DNA of 44,914 nt from Microbotryum violaceum. Lineage: Eukaryota. The translations under genes and the position numbers were made by a program. The notes beneath the pieces are model-generated. The model was not told the origin of the DNA, searched no databases, and saw only the letters and a list, made by a program, of their open reading frames with translations. The stretch spans positions 3,425,591 through 3,470,504 of the forward strand of contig LN717261.1 in assembly GCA_001244265.2 (NCBI GenBank). The letters are read 5' to 3'. Positions 10,830-22,349 of this stretch are shown here, piece by piece; within the stretch, counting starts at the first letter, position 1, and each line of letters begins with the position of its first letter.

Positions 10830-12273
10830 ATTTCCGCACAGTTCTGGTAACTTTCGTTGGTCGGCCAAACGATGAGATTGTGTCGATACGGTGCACGGTC
10901 GTAAAGTCCGAAACAGTGAGTTACCAGTGGGCGGAAAAGAGAAGAAAAGCTACGGAAAAGACTCGCGCGCGCGCCGACCGCACTCCCTAATTCCCTAATA
11001 CCCCACTGATAATAAACCATGCCTAGAATGCCTTGATGCGCCAAACGCCCAAATCCAACAGGGACGAGTAGGGGCATGATGGAGGGGGTATTGGGCGTTT
11101 TCCTTGATTCATTGAGCTCCGTTGAAGGGAATTCTCGGTGATTGGTTTTTGCTCGATGTTTTATTTACTCCTCACTATCACTTATCGGAGATTACCCAAC
11201 TCCAAGGTCGTCGTGCTTCCAAACCCAGGTGCAACAATCGCTGAAAAATGCGCAGCCGGGGCCAGCGAACTCCCTGAAGAGCCCTATCACCCAAGAGACA
11301 TTCGGTACTGAGTCAACTAAGACATTTTTATTCCTCCACGACTACACCCAAACTGAGGCTCCAAAATAGTCTTCACCCGCCAACCGGCCTGACCGAACGT
11401 CCCCTCCCCATTGATGCGCCGACAACAAAAGACGGGATGAATCAATGACCCTGTTCTGAAGTGTGTACGTGTACAAGCTCGAGCTGCAATGTGAGTTGGG
11501 AGAGGATGGAGGAATGCCAACTCCGACCGCCGCTTAAACTTGTGCAAACTCAGATCACGTGCGGGCCACAGATCGATCTCATGCGACGGTGTCGGCAGCG
11601 CTTGATTTTGGACGGGACAGTATCAAACCCGGACACAGGACCTGCTCAGGATGAGGGAGTTGGGCGATACATAATGGGTTTTCTGAGGCTAGGTTCAAAT
11701 TTCAAATGTAGTAAACGACGCAGTCCTTGAAGTGCGCGTGCGGATGTGTAAAATCGTCTTGCTGAGTCAGCAGAATCAGCCACTGCCGCCACGGTGTCTT
11801 GGACGCCTGCTGGTCCCTTGCTTGGGCATCGGCTCGTTCGCAGCCTCAGCGTAAACCACAAGTATGCCTCAGTACTCTGCATCCACGAATGTCTCGGTGT
11901 GGTCATCTGACTATCAGGATTATTTCATCTGTTGCTCTGCAGGGCAACACAAAGATAAGGCACCTTCATCCAGTGGCTCGCACGAACTTTCAATTGCAAG
12001 TCGTTGGCGTGCGCTGGGCGGGATCAAAACCGGGTCTGGGAGTCGCGTAACCCACTGGAGCAAGTAGGTGGTAGCCTGGACTGACAACGTGGACGTCAGC
12101 GACTTGAAATAGGTATTCGCGGCTTTCGTGGTCGGTGTACCCCTGTGTGTCCGGCATCGGCTGTCCAGAGTCGCCAGCCTGCCCGGTGCGAATGTGGGGG
12201 GCAGTCTCGGTCGCGCACGTGCGATGTCCCTCTCCCCACACGGGCCTGTCGGCTGCGGCTAACGGCCCCTGCA

Positions 12274-13945
12274 ATGAGTCCTATCGACAGAAGTCCACCC
12301 AAGCTCAGCCTTCCCTCCACCAACACCAACATCGCAAGCCTCTCAAAAATTCACATCTCTTACATCCCCTCGAAACACCCACTAAATGGATCCCTACCCT
12401 ATCACTTGGCGGCAGTACTAGTAGCACGGGCCCAACTTCGACGGATCTCGAACGGACTTCCCACGGGTTCTCGGTGTGCAAGCGTCTCAGGTCAAGGTTT
12501 TGGTTGGTGGGCTTTCTGGGTGTGCAAAGGGGATTATTATAGAGGGAAGAAGAAGAAGGATGGGACCAGGGAGGCAGAGACGTGCGGGGTCAGGTTGATG
12601 GGGGAAGGTCGTGGAAGCGAAGAACGAGAGGCGAGCTTGTCGTTTGAGGAGAAAGGGGCCTCGCTGCCTGCAGAGAAAGGCGGTAAGTTGACCGGCGCAA
12701 AGTTATCATGAGACCGTAGCTCAGTATCGTTTCCTGTCGAGGGCATGGGTTACAGTCCGTCGAACTATGCGCGAGATCATCTGGTAGTAAAGAATCCCGC
12801 CGCCACTGACCAGATCTCCTGTGTCCTCTCAGCTCTCACAAAACCTAGAAAAGCTTCGCATGGAGCCAAACGAATACTCCAATCCGACATTGAGCAAGAC
12901 CCTTCCCTCTCGCCTCATAGGAACGAAACGGCCCATCTTCGAAGGGACAACTCTCTGTCGGCCGAGGAGATGACTTTTCTGACCGAGCGTAAGAGGAGAT
13001 CGCACAGAGTCAGGGGTTGGTCGAGCTTTTGGGATTGGAGGAAGGGGGAGAGATTGATGAACGAGACGTCCCAATAGTGAGTCGCTCCGCACTGGAGCAA
13101 TGATGGCAAACCGTGGAGTTGAAGAGTCTTGAACGCTATCAGATCGGGCTAGGAGGGTCGGGAGGCGGTTGAATGCGTGCCAACCTTGGCTTCCTGTCAA
13201 CGATCCTCGCCTTTCAAGAGCTCGATCTATGGCAGTTGTTGACCTACACAGCGGGGGTATCCGGGTCCTGTTGGGCTCTGGCGAGTTTATATACGCTACC
13301 GATCGCACGTCCGCTCACACCATCCATCACTCAACGCCGCTGCGGTGATTGAGCACTTTATGTCCGTCTCAGGGGATCACCGTCTGAGTACAAAATCGGT
13401 CAACCGAGTCAGGGAGGCACACGGAGGGTACCAATCGCTTTTCGGACCTTTGATTTCAAAGTCTAAGAACAGTCAAAAGATCTGTAGTGAGTACAGACCA
13501 CTGACCCTCACTTGAGTAGATATTGACACTGACGAAGATCGCTACACTGCGGGCCTTGACAGTGATTGATCTGTACTCGACACTGGTCTCATCGTACTTC
13601 TGGATGATGCCCAGAAAAGATGGGAAGGATCAGGTTGATCCGTATGTACCCCTGCGTCGGCTCGTGAGGTCCAGAGAGGGTCATTCCACTGACTGTCCCG
13701 AACCCCCCCTGGCTGATCGTCAGCGCCTCGATGAAATGGTCGCGCGCGTACGATAATGCGGGCCTGGCTCACGGATGCGCGCCTTTCCCTATCGTCAGTC
13801 ACGCAAATGTAGGCTTCCATCTGGAACGCTGCTTGATGGCCTAAGAATGGGCCGTCACGGAACAGCTCACCGCCTGCAGACACGAACGGCCGTGGCGGTC
13901 ATGGAAGGATCTGAACGTGTCGCCCCATACGATTGACGAAGAGAT
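12274..13945 (+). pseudogene. Cytosolic phospholipase A2/lysophospholipase family pseudogene, 3' truncated
   Basis: LSAEEMTFLTERK, LLGLEEGEEIDERDVPI, LTYTAGVSGSCWALASLY (GxSGS nucleophile), VIEHF...GPLISK, VIDLYSTLVSSY, LTACRHERPWRSW. In-frame TGA at 12709-12711 and frameshifts. Stops in an intron (GTAAGC at 13946) at an hAT element. Confidence 0.8.
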
Positions 13946-13959
13946 GTAAGCTCCCTTGG

Positions 13960-14737
13960 TAGGGCTGGGTCACTGATTGTTTTGGCCCCGTCACTAATAG
14001 GTGACAAAAGTCGGACCCTCGGTCACTTATTATTGTCACTGTCACTTATGTCACCAGATTTTCGCCTGTCACCTGTGTCACCAGCACTCAAATGCTGTCA
14101 CTAATGTCACTAAGTCCAATATTTGGTCACTAATGTAACTGAATGGAAACGATCTCTTGGTCGCAGGCAAAGATGACATGATCTCAGAGGCCTTAAGGAA
14201 GGGGTCTAATTCGTAATCTTCGAGATATCGTTTTTCTGCTGCAACTAGGTCGTTGACATCGGCTAAGATCATGGTTGTCGCTTTAAGGTTCGATTATTGG
14301 GACGCGGATAGTAGAGATAGAACGGAATCGGAGAAAGGCATGAGGGAACTTGCGAGGACTATGTAGTACTAGTACCATCGCGTCAAGAGCGTACGCCGCC
14401 GCGTCGGCGGACCACTCGACGGCAGGCCACCGGCGTGCCCCGGCCCACAGCCCACTGCAGTCCGGCTAAGAAGCATATCAAAACTTAGAGGCGCGTGGGC
14501 CGGAGTCGTGACCCGGCATTTTCGTGTTGGTAAATAGCATTCCAGACTTGTCATTCACAGTCCAGGGTCGCCATCAGGTACAAGCAAGTAGACCGGGTCT
14601 AGACCGGTAGCTAGCACCTACCTAGGTACTTAGTGACAATAGTGACAACGATTTCTGGGACCCCCTTGTCACTAATCCGTCACTAATTCGTCACTAATGT
14701 CACGTCACTAATGTCACCTATTAGTGACCCAGCCCTA
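13960..14737. mobile_element. Non-autonomous hAT-like element (778 bp)
   Basis: Perfect 15-bp TIRs TAGGGCTGGGTCACT and AGTGACCCAGCCCTA; dense subterminal GTCAC/GTGAC repeats; internal minus-strand peptide (FSDS...NLKATTMILADVN) resembling an hAT C-terminus. No target-site duplication visible. Confidence 0.8.
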
Positions 14738-15162
14738 CAAACGACCTTCCTACCCCACGTTCCGCTCGGCTTTCGGCTGCGCGGCGCTGCGGCGCTGTCG
14801 GCATCCGCTAGTGGGAACTTTGAAGCGCGACGGCGGCACTTCGCCTCGAACACTTACCCGTTCTCCCCAAGTTGATACCATCTCCGTGCCTACAAGACTC
14901 ATCGTTCCCTTCCGTTACCCAAAGGCAGGCTTTAGCCGCGACTAGGACCTCCGACAAATCGTCAGACGCTCACATCGCGCGTAACGCGCGTCGACTCAGC
15001 GGGCGGCGTGGAAGGGATTGGTGCCGGCCGGGGTGCGCACTGCGAAACGGCGTAGGACATTGTCGATAGGCTACAACACGAGGTGATTACGAAGACCGGC
15101 CGTAGCCTCTCAGATCACTCGGGATTATTGACGACGAGAAGCGAATATCCGAGGCTGCACCG

Positions 15163-17317
15163 ATGGCGAATCCGTCCGATCCCACGCCCGCGATGCAGAA
15201 GGATGAGAATAGCACTAATGCGCCCAGCACCGTCGTCGACTTGGATGAGCCAATGACAAAGTCGGAGATCAAGCACGACAGGTCCGCTGAAAAGGTCGGT
15301 GAAGGGAAAGAAGCAGAAGGGAAGGAAGCAGAAGGGAATTTCCCTCATTTGACGACGATGGCGCAGGTGATGCTCGTCTTCTTCTTGACGCTGGCGATGG
15401 TGCTGAATGTAGGTCCAAGCGCCGCGCGTGTGGTTGAGATTCAGTTTCTCCGGCGAGGGACGAAAAGCGATTCTCACTGATAAAAGGAGACTGTATCTAG
15501 ATTACTCAAGTTCAAGCTGTTGTACTTAGTCTGGAGGCGATAGGGAGGGATCTGACTATTGAAGTCGTCAATTATCAATGGCTTGTGAGGCCGACGACGG
15601 TGGGACATCTATTCTCCGAGTTGAGCGGGCCACTGAGATCTCGCTCCGCCAAAATCTCTTCTCACAGACTTCGGCCTATTCACTTGCGTTCGGTGCCGTC
15701 TTACTTCTTTTCGGTCGACTGGCTGATATCCACGGTCCTAAGCTGTCAGTCGTGCCCACCAGGACCGTTTGCCCGAGTCCGGTCAACTAACCGAGCCGCG
15801 ACCCTCTCCTCTGCAGCATCTTCCAATTCGGCATGGCATTCTTCGCCGCCTTCTCTATCGGAGTTGCTCTCGCCCCCAACCAAGTCGCCATGGGGATATT
15901 CAGGGCCATGCAAGGCGTAGGCATGGGGGCCGCCGTCCCCTCCGCACTGGGTATCCTGGGCGCATCGTTCGCCCCTGGTCAGGCCAAGAGCACAGCTTTC
16001 GCCACCTTTTCCGCTGGGGCTCCCTTGGGAGGATCCCTTGGATGTGTTCTTGGAGGGTTCATGACGCAATATGCGAGTTGGAGAACAACATTCTACGTAT
16101 CTGCTGGGTTGGGCGTCATCGTCATCGCCGGGGCCCAATATTTCGTCCCTCGGGATCCACCACGCAACATGGAATTGACCGTTGACTGGATCGGCGCCGC
16201 TCTCATCACCATCGGCTTGACGCTCTTCACTTTCGCCCTTGCCGACGGCTCAGGGGTCGGTTGGAACACCCCCTATATTCCCATCATGTTTGTCTTGGGC
16301 CTGCTCACCTTGATTGCGTTCTGGTTCTGGGAAAGACATCTCGAGTTTAGGACGGAGAAGCAGCCGTTGATGTTGACGGCCTTGTGGTTTCGAGGGAGGT
16401 TTGCGTGCGTGCAACTCATTGGGGCGCTGGGGTGGTGTGCATTCAGCTCGTTCATGTGAGTCACAAATTCTGCGTTCCTTTCTATGCTGACATTTTAGAA
16501 AGCTGATGCCGTCGCCTGTGCCCTGGATCAGGTTCTTCGCCACCGAGTGGTTCCAGAACCTTCAAGGCCTGACACCTCTTCAGGCAACGGTGCGATTCCT
16601 CCCCAGTCCAGTCACAGGGCTGATCCTCAATGTGAGCATGCGGCGGAGCCGTTCATCGATAATTCATTTTCCAAGCCCTACGCTGACAATAGTGTCCCGG
16701 GGTACGCTCGCAGATGATCGTCGCGGTGCTCGCGAGTCGAATTGGTGCTCAATGGTTGATCGGCATTGGCACACTTGGGACCGGTATCGCTCCACTGCTT
16801 TACGCTGTACAAAAGCTTCATGCCACCTACTGGTACGTTTGACGTGAAGCGGTAACTGGTTCGAGAAAGTGAATCTCAGACAAGCCCTTCGTGCTTGTAC
16901 AGGGCCTTCCAATTCCCCGCCATGATCCTCTGCGTCCTCGGCGCGGACTTCATCTTCGCCTGCTCGATCCTTTACGTCTCCAAAGTCGCCGGACCGGGCC
17001 AACAATCCCTCGCGGCTGGGTTGTTCAACCTTTCGACCCAACTCGGGACGGCAATAGGGCTTGCGATTGCGACGATCGTGCAGACCAAGGTCGTTGATAA
17101 GAAGGTTGCGAACTTTGTGATCGTGTCGACCAGTTCAACGGTGCCACCTTTTGCTGTGGAGGCGGGGCTGAGAGCGGCCTTTTGGACGTGTGCGGCTTTT
17201 TCGTTCGCGGGTTCGGTGGTCGTGGCACTGTGCTTGAGAGGTATTGGAAAGGTCGGGACGAGGACGAAGAAGGTTATGGCGGAGGAGGAATCGGCACAGA
17301 ATGTGTACACAATGTAG
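15163..17317 (+). CDS. MFS drug:H+ antiporter, DHA2/Atr1-like, multi-exon
   Basis: SAYSLAFGAVLLLFGRLADIHG (motif A), FRAMQGVGMGAAVPSALGILG, AFATFSAGAPLGGSLGCVLGG (motif C), VDWIGAAL, QQSLAAGLFN, GLRAAFW; GT-AG introns; stop at 17315-17317. Confidence 0.9.
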
Positions 17318-17749
17318 CGCTTTGGTTACTCGTTTGTTTATATCATTTGGCAATTTTAGAAACAGATAAATTCATCCAGGAGATCATGGCATCGTGCTCC
17401 TGGGTTACGCCTTTTGGCCAAGAGGACAGGGGGTCTGGACCAGCATCGGCGCGGGCGAACACCGAGTCTTATGTCTCCGGGCGAAACGGCTTCGAGCATC
17501 AATTTTTCCTCGGGAAACTGCATAAGCTTTTCGATCACCAAAGGCAGGCTCTTCTTTGAAGGCACGCTGAACTCTGATCTGACAGTTGCTACGCCGACTC
17601 GGAGATGATCCATCAGAGCCCACTGCATGCACTGCAGCCTCGATCCGAGTCGTTCGCGCACGCGACTCCCTGTCTTAAAATCGCGTGATTTGGTCGCCCG
17701 CTTTGAGCCTTCGAGGCATGGGCTAACTCCATCAGCAACTTTGCCACTC

Positions 17750-18078
17750 GCGCTTTAGTGCAATTTAGTAGCGCACTTTAGTGAAATTTAGCTCGTTTTC
17801 TATAATCTCTGGTGGGTCGCTAAATGAACCTTAAAAGGCACTTAACTGAAGTGCACTTTAGTGCACTTCCGTGCCATTTAGTGCACTTCCGTGCCATTTA
17901 GTGCACTTTGTGCCATTTATTGCTTCCGTGCCATTTAGTGCACTTTGTGCCATTTAGTGCACTTTGTGCCATTTAGTGCACTTTGTGCCATTTAGTGCAC
18001 TTTGTGCCATTTAGTGCACTTTGTGCCATTTATTGCTTCCGTGCCATTTAGTGCACTTTATAGTGCTTTTGCAACAGT
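17750..18078. repeat. Tandem array of ~10 units of 18-20 bp (GTGCCATTTAGTGCACTTT), probably the subterminal region of a DNA transposon
   Basis: Units visible at 17851-18060 with degenerate copies from ~17750. The array ends in TAGTGCTTTTGCAACAGT, whose reverse complement ACTGTTGCAAAAGCACTA resembles a CACTG/CACTA (CMC/EnSpm) terminus. Confidence 0.7.
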
Positions 18079-18719
18079 AACCTGATTCAGTGCTATTATG
18101 TAAGTTACAACCAACCAAATAGTTCATTCTGAGCGACCGCTTCATGGGTATCAATCGGGGCAAAGTTTGCCGAAGTACCCGACCTCCGTCCCCGCCTCGA
18201 GCGAGTTCTCGGCCACGCTGCCCAAACGCGCTTCGTGATCAAGTCTGAACTTGAGGCATACCCCCCCCCCGCGAAAACGGCTCATTATGCCATCAATGAA
18301 AGGTGCTTAAACTTCGCCCAAAAATTCCGCATTTTGGATTGAACACCCGCTCGAGAGACACGCGCGCCTATCGATGAGACCAGTAGACAATGTTAGGTCA
18401 AACGCCAGCCGGGATGATCCCGGAGAAGTCTCGACTCACCGCAGCATAAGCATGAGCCACTAGCCCAAAAGCGATGGCGTGCTGGTACGGCTTCGTTAAA
18501 TCAAGCGTTTCCCAGTCGAGAGAGGCCAGCCTTTTGCTCTTGGCGCGGACTGCGAACACGGCGGCGAGTGTAGAATAATGGGTTTGACAGGTCCTGTGGC
18601 TTCTGGCCGGCCGGAAGGTATTGCTGCAGGCACACAAAAAGTGAACACCGAAGTCCAGCGCTGCGCGGGAGTACAACTCTTTTAAGCTCACCCTGTAAGT
18701 GGGGCCACAGCGAAGTTTC

Positions 18720-19561
18720 GCTCGACGAAACCGAACCAATCTCAAGGCCGACCCTCTACCCCCGGATGAAGCCGAGGTCGCAGCAGTCTGGTACAAGCAC
18801 ATCTTCCTGATGAACATTCAAAAGGAATCTGGATTATGGGTAACGGCGTCGCAGATTCGTGACCAGCTTTTGCAAGTCGCCAAGACTTATCCGATCGTGA
18901 CCGACGATAAAACCTACGAGGTAACCGACGCGATGGTAGCAAAAGTATGTTTCGCGCTACCCGAATTTCTCCCTGCTTGACATAGCGAGGCTACACTTCC
19001 CTAGCAGGTGCGGGTAACAAACCAGGCGATCCTATCGATGATCAGGACGGAGGCCGAGGCACCTACGCTGGCTGCATATAAAATTGACGAGGGCGGCGGG
19101 GAAGTGGCAACCGCATCAAACCCCTCCGAACAGTTTTTAGCGTCGCTAAGAAGGGACGTGGCTGATGCGGTTGCCAGTTCCCCGCGGACCTTGTCAATTT
19201 TATATGCAGCCAGCGTAGGTGCCTCGGCCTCCGTCCTGATCATCGATAGGATCGCCTGGTTTGTTGCCCGCACCTGTTAGTGAAGTGTAGGCTCGCTATG
19301 TCAAGCAGGGAGAAATTCGGGTAGCGCGAAACATACTTTTGCTACCATCGCGTCGGTTACCTCGTAGGTTTTATCGTCGGTCACGATCGGATAAGTCTTG
19401 GCGACTTGCAAAAGCTGGTCACGAATCTGCGACGCCGTTACCCATAATCCAGATTCCTTTTGAATGTTCATCAGGAAGATGTGCTTGTACCAGACTGCTG
19501 CGACCTCGGCTTCATCCGGGGGTAGAGGGTCGGCCTTGAGATTGGTTCGGTTTCGTCGAGC
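18720..19561. repeat. 842-bp near-perfect palindrome (fold-back inverted duplication)
   Basis: 18720-19118 is the reverse complement of 19163-19561 with 8 mismatches by manual count; the ORF track shows identical peptides on opposite strands. The 44-nt centre contains TTAGCG-T-CGCTAA. Confidence 0.97.
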
Positions 19562-19994
19562 AGAGGTGCTCCTGGACGACGGCAACAAGCCTTCGCGAGC
19601 TGGAAGTTGCCCGGGGTTCCGCTCAGATGCAGATGATGAAGCGGATGCCGTAGGGGTTTGGGTAGTACTCGACTCCTGGAAGAGAATACCAGTCTCTTCG
19701 GCGAAAAGGCGGATCTGATTGCGAGTCTGTGTTGTGACTTCGGTCCGTTTGACTCTGGACGCGGCCGAGGATGCGATAACCTGCCCGCATGCAAGGATCA
19801 AATGGCAGTAGTCAGGCACTAGTTGCTTCTCAGGGAAGAAAAGACAATCTCACCTTCTCTTTGCAAGCCCTCGCGAAGTCTGCCAGTGAAATATCAGCAC
19901 AAAAAACGTGGTGGCAATTGATGCTACGAACCACCGTACCGTCTCCGTCCTCATCCTCGCCCTCATCGGCATCATCATCGTCGTCTTCGTCGCC

Positions 19995-20180
19995 GCTCTC
20001 GTCGCTGTCGCTCTCGTCGCTGTCGCTCTCGTCGCTGTCGCTCTCGTCGCTGTCGCTCTCGTCGCTGTCGCTCTTGTCGCTGTCGCTCTCGTCGCTGTCG
20101 CTCTCGTCGCTGTCGCTCTTGTCGCTGTCGCTCTCGTCGCTGTCGCTCTCGTCGCTGTCGCTCTCGTCGCTGTCGCTCTC
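19995..20180. repeat. 15-bp minisatellite (GCTCTCGTCGCTGTC) x12
   Basis: 12 near-identical tandem units plus a partial one; encodes DESDS repeats on the minus strand. Confidence 0.95.
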
Positions 20181-20319
20181 ATCGTCGTCCTCACTATCAT
20201 CGTCGTCCTAATTATTATCGTCGTCCTCACTATCTTCTTCGTCCTGGTCTTTTTCTGATATGGTATGCGCAGTATAGGCAGTAACTGCTTCGTAAATATT
20301 AAATCAGTGCGATGGTGTA

Positions 20320-22016
20320 GACCTGGCTCACCGTGCATCTCGATCGGACGGCTACTACGGCCTGCTTGGCGCGAGCGATGTGTTCGGCTTGAGGATCGGA
20401 CATGAAACGAGCGAGATGAGCCACCATGAACGACAAGTTGGGACAAATGCACCCAGCGAGCCAGAGAAGTTCCCCGACGACGCTGCGATATGGGAACGAG
20501 GTGTCCATGACATGACCAGACGGCAAGTAGCTGTCCAACCACGGTGTTGATGCAGGCTTGCAATCCGTGAAATCCTCGAGTTGCAAGAATGGACTCCGCA
20601 AGGTGACGCTGATCCATGCGAAGCTCCCCCCCGCGTCTCGTCGCCCGTGATCTTCATGCCAAGGAACATGTCGACCTCACCTTCCCGAAGCTTGAAACGT
20701 GCACCGAAAGCGAGAAGGAACTCCTCGATGTCATCGTCGCCCGTGATGATGCGATCGTCGACATACATCGCCAGCAAAAGAGTGAGAGTCTTGCCCCCAA
20801 CCTCGCGAACACGACGATACATCCCACGATCTTCCTCGATGCGTTCGAAACCGTGACTCTTCCTCAATTGATCGTGTAGTGTCTGATTCCAGTCGTGACC
20901 GGCTTGCTTCAGACCGTAAATCGAGCGACGAAGGCGATGGACTGTCTTGTCCGGCAGCTGGATCGAAAAATTTGTTCCGAGACATCGGCATTGCAGATAA
21001 GTGTTGTTGACAACGAATTGTCGGCGTCGTCAGCGATGTACATGCGTTAGAACGTTCAAAAATGCGTACCGAAGCGATGCAGGCGGTAGGAGCGTACGTG
21101 GTTCGGTAGTCTCCCGGCTTTTGAAGATCGCCCCGAGCAACAAGTCGAGCTTTGAAGGTGAGTACCTCCCCTCGATCGTTGCGTTTCTTCAGGAGGACCA
21201 CCTTGGTTGGGATTGCCCTTCGTCCGACTGGTGGCTGAGACTCCCTCCTTGTCCCAGGTGCCCATGCCATCATGGTTCGACAGCTCGCGTGCATACGCAA
21301 CACACCATTGCTCCCTATCCGGACCGTTCATCGCTTCGCGGAAAGTGGGTTCGTGCGGGTTGCCAGTCCAAAGCTCGTAGCAGTCCCCGATAATGTGTTT
21401 CGTGTCAAGATCGCCGACGACGTCCGCAAGTAGTAGGGCAAGTAGGTGTCCAGCCCCTCGTCGCACCGGGAGAGATCAATGTGACCCACGAGAGGTAACC
21501 GGTGGCAGTGATCGCCGAGTGCCCGGGATCGCACCCCAGCGGTTGCAGTGGCTAGTTCCGCAGTGCGCTGCGCTGCCCTGTGGGTATAATATAACATGCT
21601 CATATCCCGGTCGGGGCTGATCGTCGGGGGTCGTCATCGTGAGCTTCGGCCCATTCTTCCTGAGGTGCTTCTTCCGGAACTGGCACAGCGTCGTCCCGGA
21701 TGATTGAGGTCTTCAAAAATGTCGATTGCGACGGGAGGGAGTGGGGTGCAACAACCTGGCAGTCGTGCGTGCGTGCGTCGAGGGTTTCTGGAGAGCAGCG
21801 GGCTGCTGTAAGGTCCATGATGAAGGAGATTACTGAGTGAGCGACGGATGGCTTGGATGAGGATCCAATGTTGGAGGACCAACCTGACCCTTGGCAGAGG
21901 GTGGCAGTGCTGAAGCCGTTCATAAACTGTCGACGGTGCGGAACCGAGGAGAGGGTTACCGGCGCGGACGCGAGGTACATACTCGCAGAGAGGCTGAGGG
22001 GCTCTGAGGAACTCAC
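20320..22016 (-). mobile_element. Degenerate Ty1/Copia retrotransposon remnant (reverse transcriptase)
   Basis: EPTFREAMNGPDREQW, FKARLVARGDLQKPGDY..TYAP, IYGLKQAG, AMYVDD, FLGMKI, PYRSVVGELLWLA. Many frameshifts; the part above ~21450 is assigned only by position; no LTRs found. Confidence 0.85.
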
Positions 22017-22349
22017 GGAGAGACCTAGTTATCCTTAAAACTATACAATCCTTTCCTTCAAACTATAATAAAAAACGTCGTCGAGACAAACCACGTAAAC
22101 AAACCAGGTGGCGTGACGTCATAGGCTCTTCGGTCCAGCGCGTCCCCGGGGAAGCGCGTGAGGCCGCTGCGTTCAACCCAAGTTTTGTCTTTGACCTTTC
22201 AAGTTCCCCTCCTCACCTCACGCAGACCCCCCCAACCCCCTCACCCTCGACTCGAGTCAATCATCATCCGATTCTAAAAAAGCTCACACGAACGAAAGCT
22301 CAAAACGAAAAAAAACCAAAAAAAAAACCCCAAAAACAGCCTCGACACC

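Larger units (their letters stand above)
18398..20270 (-). pseudogene. Disrupted intron-containing gene of unknown function with a D/E/S acidic repeat
   Basis: The minus strand reads (DESDS)n, then CHHVFCADISLADFARACKEK, a GTGAGA..CAG intron, VIASS...AAVWYKHIFLMNIQKESGLWVT...AMVAK, a GTATGT intron, VRATNQAILSMIRTEAE. A protein-like segment resumes left of the palindrome (VSLKELYSRAALDFG...LDWETLDLTKPYQHAIAFG). No family recognised. Confidence 0.45.

Noticed and set aside
11000..12270. Short ORFs between the MFS gene and the PLA2 pseudogene
   Set aside because: No recognisable motif, splice pattern or terminal repeats.
12709..12711. In-frame TGA in PLA2 as readthrough or selenocysteine
   Set aside because: The gene also has frameshifts and is truncated, so a nonsense mutation is the simpler explanation.
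17851..18060. Regular repeats resembling a CRISPR array
   Set aside because: Units are directly adjacent with no unique spacers, there are no cas genes, and the DNA is eukaryotic.
19789..20617. Long ORFs with (SSLSL)n, (VALVA)n or (RATAT)n
   Set aside because: Alternative frames of the 15-bp minisatellite; only the acidic frame joins plausible exons.
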